A DNA stretch of 63,627 bases, the filler included, from Thraustochytrium aureum (Eukaryota), in the NCBI GenBank assembly GCA_012862495.1. It is 4 parts of one record of this genome, joined end to end, with 100 filler letters (N's around TTAATTAATTAA, not from the genome) between each part and the next. Parts side by side here need not be neighbours in the genome. Positions count along the whole stretch, not along the records: positions 15,254 to 34,428 come from BLSG01000009.1; 3 more parts are not named here. One strand, written 5' to 3'. A program made the translations under genes and the position numbers. This document shows, one piece after another, positions 21,691 to 31,849 of this stretch. Every line of letters starts with the position of its first letter. The stretch's first letter is position 1. The notes beneath the pieces are model-generated. The model did no database searches. It was not told where the DNA came from and worked only from the letters and a program-made list of their open reading frames with translations.

Positions 21691-22197
21691 ATGCCTGGCC
21701 TGCAAACCGTCGATGCCCCTGCACAAACCACGGAGAAGACCAGGATCACGACGCGCGCCGCTTTCAATCCCCGCCGCATGCGCAACAGCTACAGCGAGCT
21801 TTTTGACACGTTCAAAGCAAAGCCTCAAGTGCCGCCCCCCTTTGGCAGCCACGTCAAACACCATGCGCGCGCCGTCCAGCAGGTCGAAATGCCGTTCCGC
21901 GTTCATTGGAACGTAGAAAACGATCGAGAGCTGCAAGGACGATCTCAGTCATGCACACATCAAAAGCCGCATCGTGGGAAGCAAGCATCTGCTGCAGCCA
22001 ACCGGGCGCAAGGGGGCGCGCGCAAAACCGTGCGGTCAACCATGGGACACAAATCAAGCACAAAACACAACGGCGCATCGCGCGATCCAGCTCCACAGCA
22101 CCCACCACCTCCACGTGAACCAGCACCTCTCGCAGATCCTTGGCGCACGCATGCGTGCGCCGCGCAAGCCGGCTCCTTTCTATGCACGCCAAAGTAG
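21691..22197 (+). CDS. Possible hypothetical protein (weak)
   Basis: ATG-initiated part of ORF 21475..22197, divergent from the tyrosinase. No recognisable motif. Confidence 0.25.
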   Translation: MPGLQTVDAPAQTTEKTRITTRAAFNPRRMRNSYSELFDTFKAKPQVPPPFGSHVKHHARAVQQVEMPFRVHWNVENDRELQGRSQSCTHQKPHRGKQASAAANRAQGGARKTVRSTMGHKSSTKHNGASRDPAPQHPPPPREPAPLADPWRTHACAAQAGSFLCTPK

Positions 22198-22468
22198 CGC
22201 AGCAATGACGACCAAATAGGCCGACCAGTGGTGGTGAGGGGAAACGTGCCATGCGTGCCCTGAATCCTCGCCTTGCCCGAAACCGAGCTGCCCGAGCTCA
22301 ACGCCACCGCGGCTGGCCATGTTCGATCGCACTCACTGACGGTGTGCATCAAGGAAGCAGGCTCGGGAAGCGGCGTTCATGGCCTCGCAGTGATCGTCGT
22401 AGAAACGCAACGCGCGTTGATGTAGTAGTATTCCCGCGCCGGCCTTCTGCCAACCCAAGTGGTTGATA

Positions 22469-22549
22469 GCGGCGATGGCCGAGCGGTTAAGGCGCTGTGT
22501 TCAGGTCGCAGTGGAGTCATCCTCGCGGGTTCGAGTCCCGTTCGCCGTA
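22469..22549 (+). tRNA. trnL-CAG: tRNA-Leu(CAG), copy 2 (identical to copy 1)
   Basis: Same 81-nt sequence as 18226-18306, followed by TTTCTTTTGCCTTTTTTTTT terminator. Confidence 0.96.
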
Positions 22550-22791
22550 TTTCTTTTGCCTTTTTTTTTGCGTCCATCATTTTGGCAGCAAGGATGCTGG
22601 CGCTCGGCGATGTTGACGTCCATCATTTTGGCATCGAGCGATTTCATCAACAAGGATGCTCTTGCGCTCGGCGATGTTGACGGAATGTTGATTGTCTGAG
22701 CACGCGCCTGGAAAACTGCACTGCGGCAGGGCTGAGGGCTCAAAATTTTATAGGTTGTGGTGATCTGTGCTGCCTACCTTTAGAAAACGAG

Positions 22792-24316
22792 CTACTTGTC
22801 CTCCTCCTCGTCGCCCTCCTCGATAACTTGCTCGTGCTGCACCGCGTCCTTGTTGCGCGGGCTGTGGAGAGTCTTGCCGCTAAACTCGTTGTCGTTCCCC
22901 GACGAGCTGCGCGCCTGGAAGAGCTGCGACTGCGCCAGAATCGGCCCAGCAATCACAAGGAAAGAGTCCATGATCCGCACGTCGTCGTCGTTAAAAGCCC
23001 CCACCCGTTTGTTGATGAGCTGGATAACGCCAACAACCGTGCCGTCGCTGTTCTGGCACGGCATGCAGAGGATCGTGTGCGTGCGATAGCCCGACTTGTT
23101 GTCCACCTCCTGGTTGAACCGCGGGTCGGCATACGCGTCGGGGATGTTGATCACGGCGTTCTTCACGCAGCACTCCCCAGCGATGCCCTTGTCCATGGGA
23201 ATGCGCAGGTTTACCTCGCCCTGCAGGGACATGAGCTCCTTGGCGGCCTCGTCCAGTAGAAACATAGTGCACCTGTCCGCCTCGACCAGCTCGTGCGCGC
23301 GCTGCGTGATTGTGAACAGCAGCGAATTTATGCCAAGGTTGCTGTGCATGGCGCGGATAATGTCGAGGAGCGACTGAATCTTGCTCTGCGAGGCGGCCAT
23401 GCCCTGGTAGAGGGCGGCGTTGTTGAGGGCGATCCCTGCCTGCGCGGCCAGGATCTGCACCATCTCCTCGTCCACCACGGAAAAGGCGGCCCCAGACCCG
23501 CTGGCCTCCGCCTTGGCCTCTTCGTCCTCACCAGCGCCCGCGTCGCCATAGTTGTCCAGCCCGATGCGGCTCTTCTTTGTCCCGTCTGCGAATCGGTTGA
23601 TGGCTTGCACCACGCCAACAGTTTTGCCCTCCTTGTCGATGACCGGGGCGGCTAGGATGGAGTGCGTCTTGTACCCGGTCTGCTCGTCGTGCGCGCTGTT
23701 GAACCGCGCGTCCTGGTAGGCGTCAGGAATGTTGCACAGCTTGCCCGTGGCCGCCACCGAGCCGGCCACGCCCTGGCCGACGGGGAGCCGAATCGCTTCG
23801 GCGCCCTTGGCCACCATGAGAACTAGCTCTTCCGCCTTTTGGTCGATCGTGAACAGGGTGGCGCGGTCGCAGTGCAAAAGCTGGCACGTCTCCTTGACAA
23901 TGACCTCCGTGGCTTCGTAGGGGTCGAGCTGGCTCGCGATCGCCCTCGAAGACTTGATGGCTTGCTCGAGCGTCTCGAGCCTGTCGCGCATCTTGACCGT
24001 GTCGGCGAGCGTGCTGGGCTTGCGCGGCATGGCGCGCGGGTGGATTTGGCCGTCGTCGTCGGCCGCCTCCGACGCCGCTTGGTAGCACTCTTTCGCGTAC
24101 ACGACGCAGTCGGTGGGCTTGTACCCCTCCTGGCGCTGGTCCAGCTTTTCGCATATTACGTCGCGCAGGAAGGCCAAGGGGGTCCTTGGGCCTGTTGAGA
24201 ATCACCTCGGCCGTCAGCCACTCCACCAGCGTCTTAAAGTTGTGCTTGGCCAAAAAGTCGGCCGCGCTCTCCAGCTCTTGCTTGCTGGCGCTCGTGTCTG
24301 GCGCCGCCTCCGCCAT
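22792..24316 (-). CDS. Tandem-GAF protein with N-terminal RIIa/Dpy-30-like dimerisation-docking helices, no catalytic domain; frameshift at G-run 24178-24182
   Basis: ADFLAKHNFKTLVEWLTAEVILNRPKDPL[A]FL joins ORF 22792..24177 if one G is removed. Two PDE-type GAF repeats (CDRATLF...NIPDAYQDARFN..DEQTGYKTHSILAAP...AINR; ADRCTMF...NIPDAYADPRFN..VDNKSGYRTHTILCMP...LINK..GAFNDDD). Stop follows an acidic tail. Confidence 0.88.
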
Positions 24317-27300
24317 CGTGTCCGGCGCGAGCTCGGGGGGAAGGGGGGCTTTGCGATGCGTTGGCTGGCCTTGTGCTCGCTCTTCCGCTCTTCCGCCGGC
24401 CCGCTGCCCGCCTCGCACTCTCGAACGCGGTCTGGTCTCCCCGTGCACGTGATCAGCAGCAGGACAGCGGTAACGGTCAAATCTGTTCTGTTCTGGTACA
24501 TCCGGGTCGGACTCCGCCGCCGATCGTGGCCCGCGCGACTCGGATGGCCACGTGAGCGCGCGAGAGACTGCTGGGCTGGCGGTCTGCGCGCGTGGGCGAC
24601 TGTCTGCCCTTGCTTGCGCTTCGCGTTTCGTTTTTCTGGGGGCGCAAGCGGGAGGTTGGGATCATGGCCACCGTCCGGCGCAGCCAGACGCGCCAAGCAC
24701 GCGCGGGCTGGCTCAGCCAGGCCCAAGCGGTCACTAACACAAGCGAACACAAACAAAGTATCTTTATAAATTTCTGTAGAGCGATCTGCACGCGCGGCAG
24801 CCTCGTCTGGGGTGGGAAGCAAACTCGGCGTCCCTCCGCTGCCGGTCGCCTGTGGGAAAACGCGCGCCGCCGCGCATCGCAGTCGCGCTCGCTCGAGCCT
24901 GGCGCGGGCCTCAGTCGCTGCTGTCGTCCTCGCCGCTGCTCGATGAAGGCAGCGACACAACCCGCCGCCGTGGCGCTCTGCCATAAACTGCTTGATGGTC
25001 TCGATGTGGGCCTGCAGCTCTGGGNNNNNNNNNNNNNNNNNNNNNNNNNNNNNNNNNNNNNNNNNNNNNNNNNNNNNNNNNNNNNNNNNNNNNNNNNNNN
25101 NNNNNNNNNNNNNNNNNNNNNNNNNNNNNNNNNNNNNNNNNNNNNNNNNNNNNNNNNNNNNNNNNNNNNNNNNNNNNNNNNNNNNNNNNNNNNNNNNNNN
25201 NNNNNNNNNNNNNNNNNNNNNNNNNNNNNNNNNNNNNNNNNNNNNNNNNNNNNNNNNNNNNNNNNNNNNNNNNNNNNNNNNNNNNNNNNNNNNNNNNNNN
25301 NNNNNNNNNNNNNNNNNNNNNNNNNNNNNNNNNNNNNNNNNNNNNNNNNNNNNNNNNNNNNNNNNNNNNNNNNNNNNNNNNNNNNNNNNNNNNNNNNNNN
25401 NNNNNNNNNNNNNNNNNNNNNNNNNNNNNNNNNNNNNNNNNNNNNNNNNNNNNNNNNNNNNNNNNNNNNNNNNNNNNNNNNNNNNNNNNNNNNNNNNNNN
25501 NNNNNNNNNNNNNNNNNNNNNNNNNNNNNNNNNNNNNNNNNNNNNNNNNNNNNNNNNNNNNNNNNNNNNNNNNNNNNNNNNNNNNNNNNNNNNNNNNNNN
25601 NNNNNNNNNNNNNNNNNNNNNNNNNNNNNNNNNNNNNNNNNNNNNNNNNNNNNNNNNNNNNNNNNNNNNNNNNNNNNNNNNNNNNNNNNNNNNNNNNNNN
25701 NNNNNNNNNNNNNNNNNNNNNNNNNNNNNNNNNNNNNNNNNNNNNNNNNNNNNNNNNNNNNNNNNNNNNNNNNNNNNNNNNNNNNNNNNNNNNNNNNNNN
25801 NNNNNNNNNNNNNNNNNNNNNNNNNNNNNNNNNNNNNNNNNNNNNNNNNNNNNNNNNNNNNNNNNNNNNNNNNNNNNNNNNNNNNNNNNGCAGTTTTCGC
25901 GTGTCTTGGCCGGCGGCGAATCCCACACCGCGAGCGCGAGAGACCCCACGCCAAAACCAGCCGCGCCCGGCGCCGCCCGCCACAGCCTGCCCCGCCGCTG
26001 CCCCTGCTGCTCCTGCTGCTCCTGCTGCTGCTGCTGTCGGTGGTCTTGGCAGGCGCTCGCGGCAACAGGGCTTGCTTGGCTTCGTTTCTCGTCACGCACG
26101 CACTGCCGCCACGAGGAGCAGGAGGAGGCGCAGGGAGGAGATAGGATGGTGAGGTCAGCTGGCAGCGCGCCCTGCGTCCTGCGTGCAGTGCGGCCCCTGT
26201 CGTTTCTCTCTCTCTCTCGCTGCCGCCCCCTGGACTGGTTTGTGCACTCCTTCATTCACCATCATCACTGGAAGCAGGTAGGTAGCTAAGAGCAGCGGAG
26301 TGGCGGGGAGCACAACTGAGCAGGTCACGCAGCCGGCCAGCCAGCCGGCCAGCCAGCCAGCCAGCCAGTGGCAGAGTGGCTGATGATGGATGAGCAACGA
26401 CTCGTGTCACGGACGGCGGGCGTGCCTGCTCGCACTTGCTTGGAGCCGCCGGACCCTGACAGCCTGCGATGAAACCAGCAAGAAGCCCTCCGAACGATTG
26501 CTCCTTGCTGCCTGCCACCTGCCTGCCCAAGGCCCGCCTGCTGCCTGGAGGAAGGAAGGACTCCAGGATGGCTCTCAGGGGCTCAGTTGCCGTCGTGAGT
26601 CAGGCTTCGGCTCGTGCCGCTCACACTTCCTGTGTGTCTGCCAGTCTCTTGTGTCTGTCAGCGATTCTCTTTCTTCCCTTTCTTCCCTTTCTTCCCAAGT
26701 ACCTCGTGATAGGTACTTACTTCGTTCTTTCTGCCTTTCGAAAAATGTAAAGAGATTAAAATTTTATATTTTTTTTAAAAGTTGGCTGAGAGTGCGCTTG
26801 AAGGAGGAACTTCGGGGCCTCCGCTGGCTCCTTCCTCGCGCCCTCTCGCTAAATTGCCGAGAATGGAGCGTTTTTAATGAATTGCCGAGTGGGGACAGAG
26901 GATTAAATGTTGTGTGGCGGAGATATGTTGGGTGTTTTGCCGACGTGTCGAATCCTTTTGTTCGCTGTGCTCGCTGCNNNNNNNNNNNNNNNNNNNNNNN
27001 NNNNNNNNNNNNNNNNNNNNNNNNNNNNNNNNNNNNNNNNNNNNNNNNNNNNNNNNNNNNNNNNNNNNNNNNNNNNNNNNNNNNNNNNNNNNNNNNNNNN
27101 NNNNNNNNNNNNNNNNNNNNNNNNNNNNNNNNNNNNNNNNNNNNNNNNNNNNNNNNNNNNNNNNNNNNNNNNNNNNNNNNNNNNNNNNNNNNNNNNNNNN
27201 NNNNNNNNNNNNNNNNNNNNNNNNNNNNNNNNNNNNNNNNNNNNNNNNNNNNNNNNNNNNNNNNNNNNNNNNNNNNNNNNNNNNNNNNNNNNNNNNNNNN

Positions 27301-27494
27301 NNNNNNNNNNNNNNNNNNNNNNNNNNGCTGCTGCTGCGCTGCTGCGGGTTGCTGCTGCTCGGGTTGCTGCTGTTGTCGCTGCCGCGGTTTGCTGCCGCGC
27401 GTTTGCTGCCTGCTGCTCGTAGCTGCTGCGGGGTGTGCTGCGGTTTTGCTTTTTGGGGCCGCTGCTGCGGTTTGGAGCTGCTGCGGCGGCGGCG

Positions 27495-29517
27495 ATGGGC
27501 AAGGCGGCGAAGAAAAGCCTGCTGCCGACGAGCGGGACGAATGGCAAGAAGGGGAGGAGTGGCAGGGATGGCGTGCCGCTGGCAGAACGCCTGAAACACC
27601 CGGCCTATCCGTCGACCCTGATTTTTGTCATGTCCCTGTACTTTTGCGTGTTTGTTCTCGGCCTGCTGGACGTGAACGTGGACGACGGCAGCGGGCTGAT
27701 CAAAGCGTACGAGGAGATCCGCGCGAAGAACCTCGAGATGCAAAAACTTGAGCAAGAGCGCCTCGTCATCGCGGAGAAGGAGCGAATCGACTCTGCTCTA
27801 CAAGATTACCAGGGGGACACCACGGCGCCCTGGATCAACCCGTTCGCGCAGACCCAAGTGGGCAAGGTAAAACCCAAGAACGCCGCGCTCGAGTCCGCAG
27901 AGCTCCTGACCGAGCTGGAAGATTCCATCTTTGCGTATCTTGCAGAACATGCCGACGCGCTGGACGAGTCTCCGCGTGTCAAGGAGCTCGTGGACGAGGC
28001 CAATCCGGTTCGCGAAAAGCTGCGCAAGCGCCAGATCTTCATAGAGGACCGCTTCGACAAGGTCTCCGAGATGGAGGCAAGCCGCAGCCGCAAGGACTAC
28101 ACGTACAACAGCGTGATCAGCGATCCAACTTGGCACGACAAGCTCGCGCTCCCGCCAACAATCTCGGACCTAGCGGAGGGCAAGGGCTCCATCATCGCCT
28201 CCCTCGGCTCATTCTTCGGGATCAGCAAACCCTCATCATCTGCAGCAGCGGCGGCGGCGTCGGCCGGCTCGCGCGATGCCGGCGGGCGCGCCTCAGACGC
28301 AGAGCAGCTCGAGCAGATGCGCAGCGCCGAGGCGTTCGCTTCCCTGGCTGGGGCGCGGAGCGGGGCGCCAAAGACTGCCAGCACTGCCGCGCTTGAAGCG
28401 TCGCTTTCGGGCATCGGGTATCAGCGGCACCGCGCGTCGGCGGCCGGCAAGGGCCTGCCCCTGTGGATCGTGGGCTATGGGCGGCGCTGCCCCTCGCTCA
28501 AGGCGGTGCTTGCCAAGGACCAGAACGGTGAGTCGCACACCATTTTCTGCGCTGCCTACAGCGACTCGTCGGCGCGCCACGTGCTCGCAGCGACACAGCT
28601 GGCGCAGGATCGCGCAGCGATCAGGCAGAGCCTCGGCGCCACCGACATGGCGGCTACCTTTGCCACCCTCGACAAGCTCATGGCCTCCTCTGCGGGGTTT
28701 CCTGCGCACGTCTTCCACCGCGCCTTTGTGCCCTCGGACCGCGACAAGCTCTCGTCGGCGCCGCCAGCGCCCGCCGGCTACCTGGTCCTTCAGAAAAACG
28801 GCGCCAGCAAACCGCAAGCAGTAAAGAGCGTCAAGGCGCTCCTCGCGAATGAAAAGTACCAAGAAACCGAGCTCGGTATTGTGGTCACGCCAATGCCGCC
28901 CACTTCGGCGCTGTGGACCGGGAACCGCGCTTTCATGCTCCGCTCGTGGTTAGTCATCTTACAGGGGTCCCCTATGATCGCCTACTCCGCGATGGGCGAC
29001 GCCGTCGTCGGGGCTGCCCCGTTCCAGCAGTTTAGCGGAAAGGAGGCGCCTGACGACACGGCTCGTGTCCGGTTCCCAACCTTCGCCATCGCGAACGACG
29101 CTGACGGCCCTCCCGAAGGCGTCGAAATCCACCCTGCAACTGACCTCGCGTCTGTCTTGGGCGTCTCGGACACCGAGATCGCGCTCAAGCTCCTGGCCCC
29201 CCGTGCGCCGCATTGCAACGTACGTGGCCTGGGCGCACAGCTCTCGCGCCATGGCGCAGCCAGTCTCTGACAAGGTCCACCTGGTCGAGCACCTTTGCCT
29301 GGACTTCACAATCGAGGCCGACCTCGCGCCAAAACTTGTCACCATTTCGTCAGAGTGCTCGCTCGCGGCAACCTCCCCGTCAACGCGTGCCTCAATCACC
29401 AACCAAGTCATTGTTGCCGCCGAGCATTTGCTGCTCGAGGGCGAGGCCCACGCCTCGGGCGCCGGCCTGGATCTCGTGCTTGACCAGGCGAGCGGGTACA
29501 TGTTCACTGGCGCATAG
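27495..29517 (+). CDS. Type II membrane protein with degenerate tubulin-tyrosine-ligase-like (ATP-grasp) C-terminal region; frameshift near 29200
   Basis: ATG 27495, single TM (LIFVMSLYFCVFVLGLL), coiled stem, then RAFMLRSWLVILQGSPMIAY..GDAVVGAAPF and, in ORF 29065..29517, HLVEHLCLDFTIEADLAPKLVTIS, echoing TTL motifs KFDLRxYVLV..PL..Y and FELFGFDFLIDxxLKPWLLEVN. Confidence 0.65.
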
Positions 29518-29801
29518 CAAGCTGAGCGCCGGGCTTGCGAGGTGGGCCGTTTCTGGAAGTGCGTGCGGCGTGGCGTGAGGCGGCATGAGTGTGGAAAAAT
29601 TGTATGTTGAATTTGCGCTGTTGTTCTTGATCTTGATAGATAGAAAAAATTCAATTTCGCAAAGTACTCTTGGGCGGACGTCGCGGTTTGGAATGGTCCA
29701 CATCTGTGCTGTTGAAAGCGATCCGCTTGGCGGCTCTTCATGACGAAAAAGCGGCACTAAAAAAGCGAAGGAGGTGGACTCGCCAAACGACGACACAGTC
29801 C

Positions 29802-30320
29802 GAAATGAAAACCCTGCGACGACGATGAAAACCCTGCGACGACGATGAAAACCCTGCGACGACGACGGACCTGGTTGTTGTTTTGAAATGAAAACCCTGC
29901 GACGACGACGGACCTGGTTGCTTGTTTTTTGAAATNNNNNNNNNNNNNNNNNNNNNNNNNNNNNNNNNNNNNNNNNNNNNNNNNNNNNNNNNNNNNNNNN
30001 NNNNNNNNNNNNNNNNNNNNNNNNNNNNNNNNNNNNNNNNNNNNNNNNNNNNNNNNNNNNNNNNNNNNNNNNNNNNNNNTGGTTGTTTGTTTTTGAAATG
30101 AAAACCCTGCGACGACGACGGACCTGGTTGTTTGTTTTTTGAAATGAAACTCTGCGACGACGATGAAACCCTGCGACGACGATGAAAACCCTGCGACGAC
30201 GACGGACCTGGTTGTTTGTTATTTGGTGGTTTGTTATTTGGTGGTTTGTTATTTGGTGATTTGTTATTTGGTGGTTTGTTTTTGGTGGTTTGTTTTTTGG
30301 TGGTTTGTTTTTGAAATGTT
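29802..30320. repeat. Compound minisatellite (GAAAACCCTGCGACGACGAT 20-mer units, GGACCTGGTTGTTTGTTTTTGAAAT units, TTGTTATTTGGTGGT 15-mer units) spanning an N gap
   Basis: Direct reading of repeated units on both sides of gap 29936-30079. Confidence 0.9.
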
Positions 30321-30404
30321 GCTATCAGCTTCAGCTCCCGTCCGTTGGTCGCTCGGATGCCCGTACAAGCGACGAATCGTTCACTACATGCCACGCCAAT
30401 CGTG

Positions 30405-31172
30405 TCAAGCGCTGCCGACGGCGGGCTGTTTGTCGCTGCCGCCCCCGTCTCCGTCGCTCGTCCCGCCCTTGCTTTGGCGCGGCAAGATCACCGGCCGCGA
30501 CAGGTCCTCTTGGGACGCGTAGACGCAAGACAAGTAGCACCCCTCGTTCATCATCCCCGTCGGCTCGTAGTCGGGGGGGCGCGGCACGTCCACATAAATG
30601 TGCTCCTCGCAGTCGTTGCTCGAGTTTTTGAGCACCTTGAGCTCGCCGAGCTGCCGAGGGCCAAACCAGTACATCCCCACCAGCATCCTTCTGTCGACAA
30701 CCCCGCAAGCCAGCATACGCACGCCGAGAAACCGAACCAACGCAATAACAAGCACGTCGATGTCCTCGCTGTCAAAGTTCTCCATCTCCTCGTCGCGGTC
30801 AGGCATCAGCGTGCGTCCTGTCGGCTTGGACTTGACGTTGATCTGCAGAGGCGACGGCGTCGTCTCAACTATGTCGACGATCTGCACGCGAACCTTCAAA
30901 AGTGCGCTAGACTCCGACTTGCGCACGACCAGGTGGGCCCACGGCGTTTTGGGCGTGTCCGCCAGCGCGACCAGCATCCCGATCGACTCGAGCGCGTCGC
31001 TCACCAGCTCGAGCACGACCCTTATTACAAGCTCGGCAAACTCGTCCTCTTTGAGCTCGTCTTCCGTAAGGACCACGTTCAAGCTCACCACAACCTGCAA
31101 AGGCTCCCGAGTCCTCCACGCTCGCGTCGTCCTCGCCTGAATCGTCGCCTCCACCAGTGTCCGCGTCGCCAT
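30405..31172 (-). CDS. Hypothetical protein (~255 aa)
   Basis: ATG 31172 within ORF 30405..31277; globular-protein-like composition and GC3-rich codons. No family recognised. Confidence 0.65.
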   Translation of the reverse strand: MATRTLVEATIQARTTRAWRTREPLQVVVSLNVVLTEDELKEDEFAELVIRVVLELVSDALESIGMLVALADTPKTPWAHLVVRKSESSALLKVRVQIVDIVETTPSPLQINVKSKPTGRTLMPDRDEEMENFDSEDIDVLVIALVRFLGVRMLACGVVDRRMLVGMYWFGPRQLGELKVLKNSSNDCEEHIYVDVPRPPDYEPTGMMNEGCYLSCVYASQEDLSRPVILPRQSKGGTSDGDGGGSDKQPAVGSA

Positions 31173-31849
31173 TGCCCGCAGGCCGGCGCGCCCCCGGCTG
31201 TCCTGGAGCTCCGCCGCGGAGCTCGCACAGGCGGCGCGCTGCTGCTGCTTTCGCTCGCGCCAGAGCCTGGGACCCACTCCGGGCTGGCAGCAGCAGGCAA
31301 CTTTTCGCCCGCCACCTCTCCGCTTTCGCTTGCCATCGCGCCTCGAGCTGGCCTACGGAGCGAGCGCAAGGCGCCAGCCCTAGCGCTTCCTCCGCGGTGC
31401 GTGACCGTGACGTTCGAGTCGGCTCAGCTCCGCGCGCCAGGCTCCACTGCAGCGAGCGCGTCCTTCGTTTGGGGTCTGCTCATCTTCAATTGTGGAAATT
31501 GTTCTGGGTGGACCCCCCAATGACTCGTTTGGTCCCCAGGTTGGTGTGCGCTTTTCGTCGAGCCGCACCCGAGTGCGACGTCGAGCCAGCCATACCGGCA
31601 CCTCGTTGGACCGGCTCGTGCTGATTTGCGAAAGAGAGCGTTCACTGTACGGCAACAAGCGGGTGAATGACTTTTTTTNNNNNNNNNNNNNNNNNNNNNN
31701 NNNNNNNNNNNNNNNNNNNNNNNNNNNNNNNNNNNNNNNNNNNNNNNNNNNNNNNNNNNNNNNNNNNNNNNNNNNNNNNNNNNNNNNNNNNNNNNNNNNN
31801 NNNNNNNNNNNNNNNNNNNNNNNNNNNNNNNNNNNNNNNNNNNNNNNNN

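Noticed and set aside
24911..26289. Gene spanning gap 25025-25889 (fragment PELQAHIETIKQFMAERHGGG on the minus strand)
   Set aside because: Probably the tail of a real gene, but nearly all of it is in Ns, so no product can be supported.
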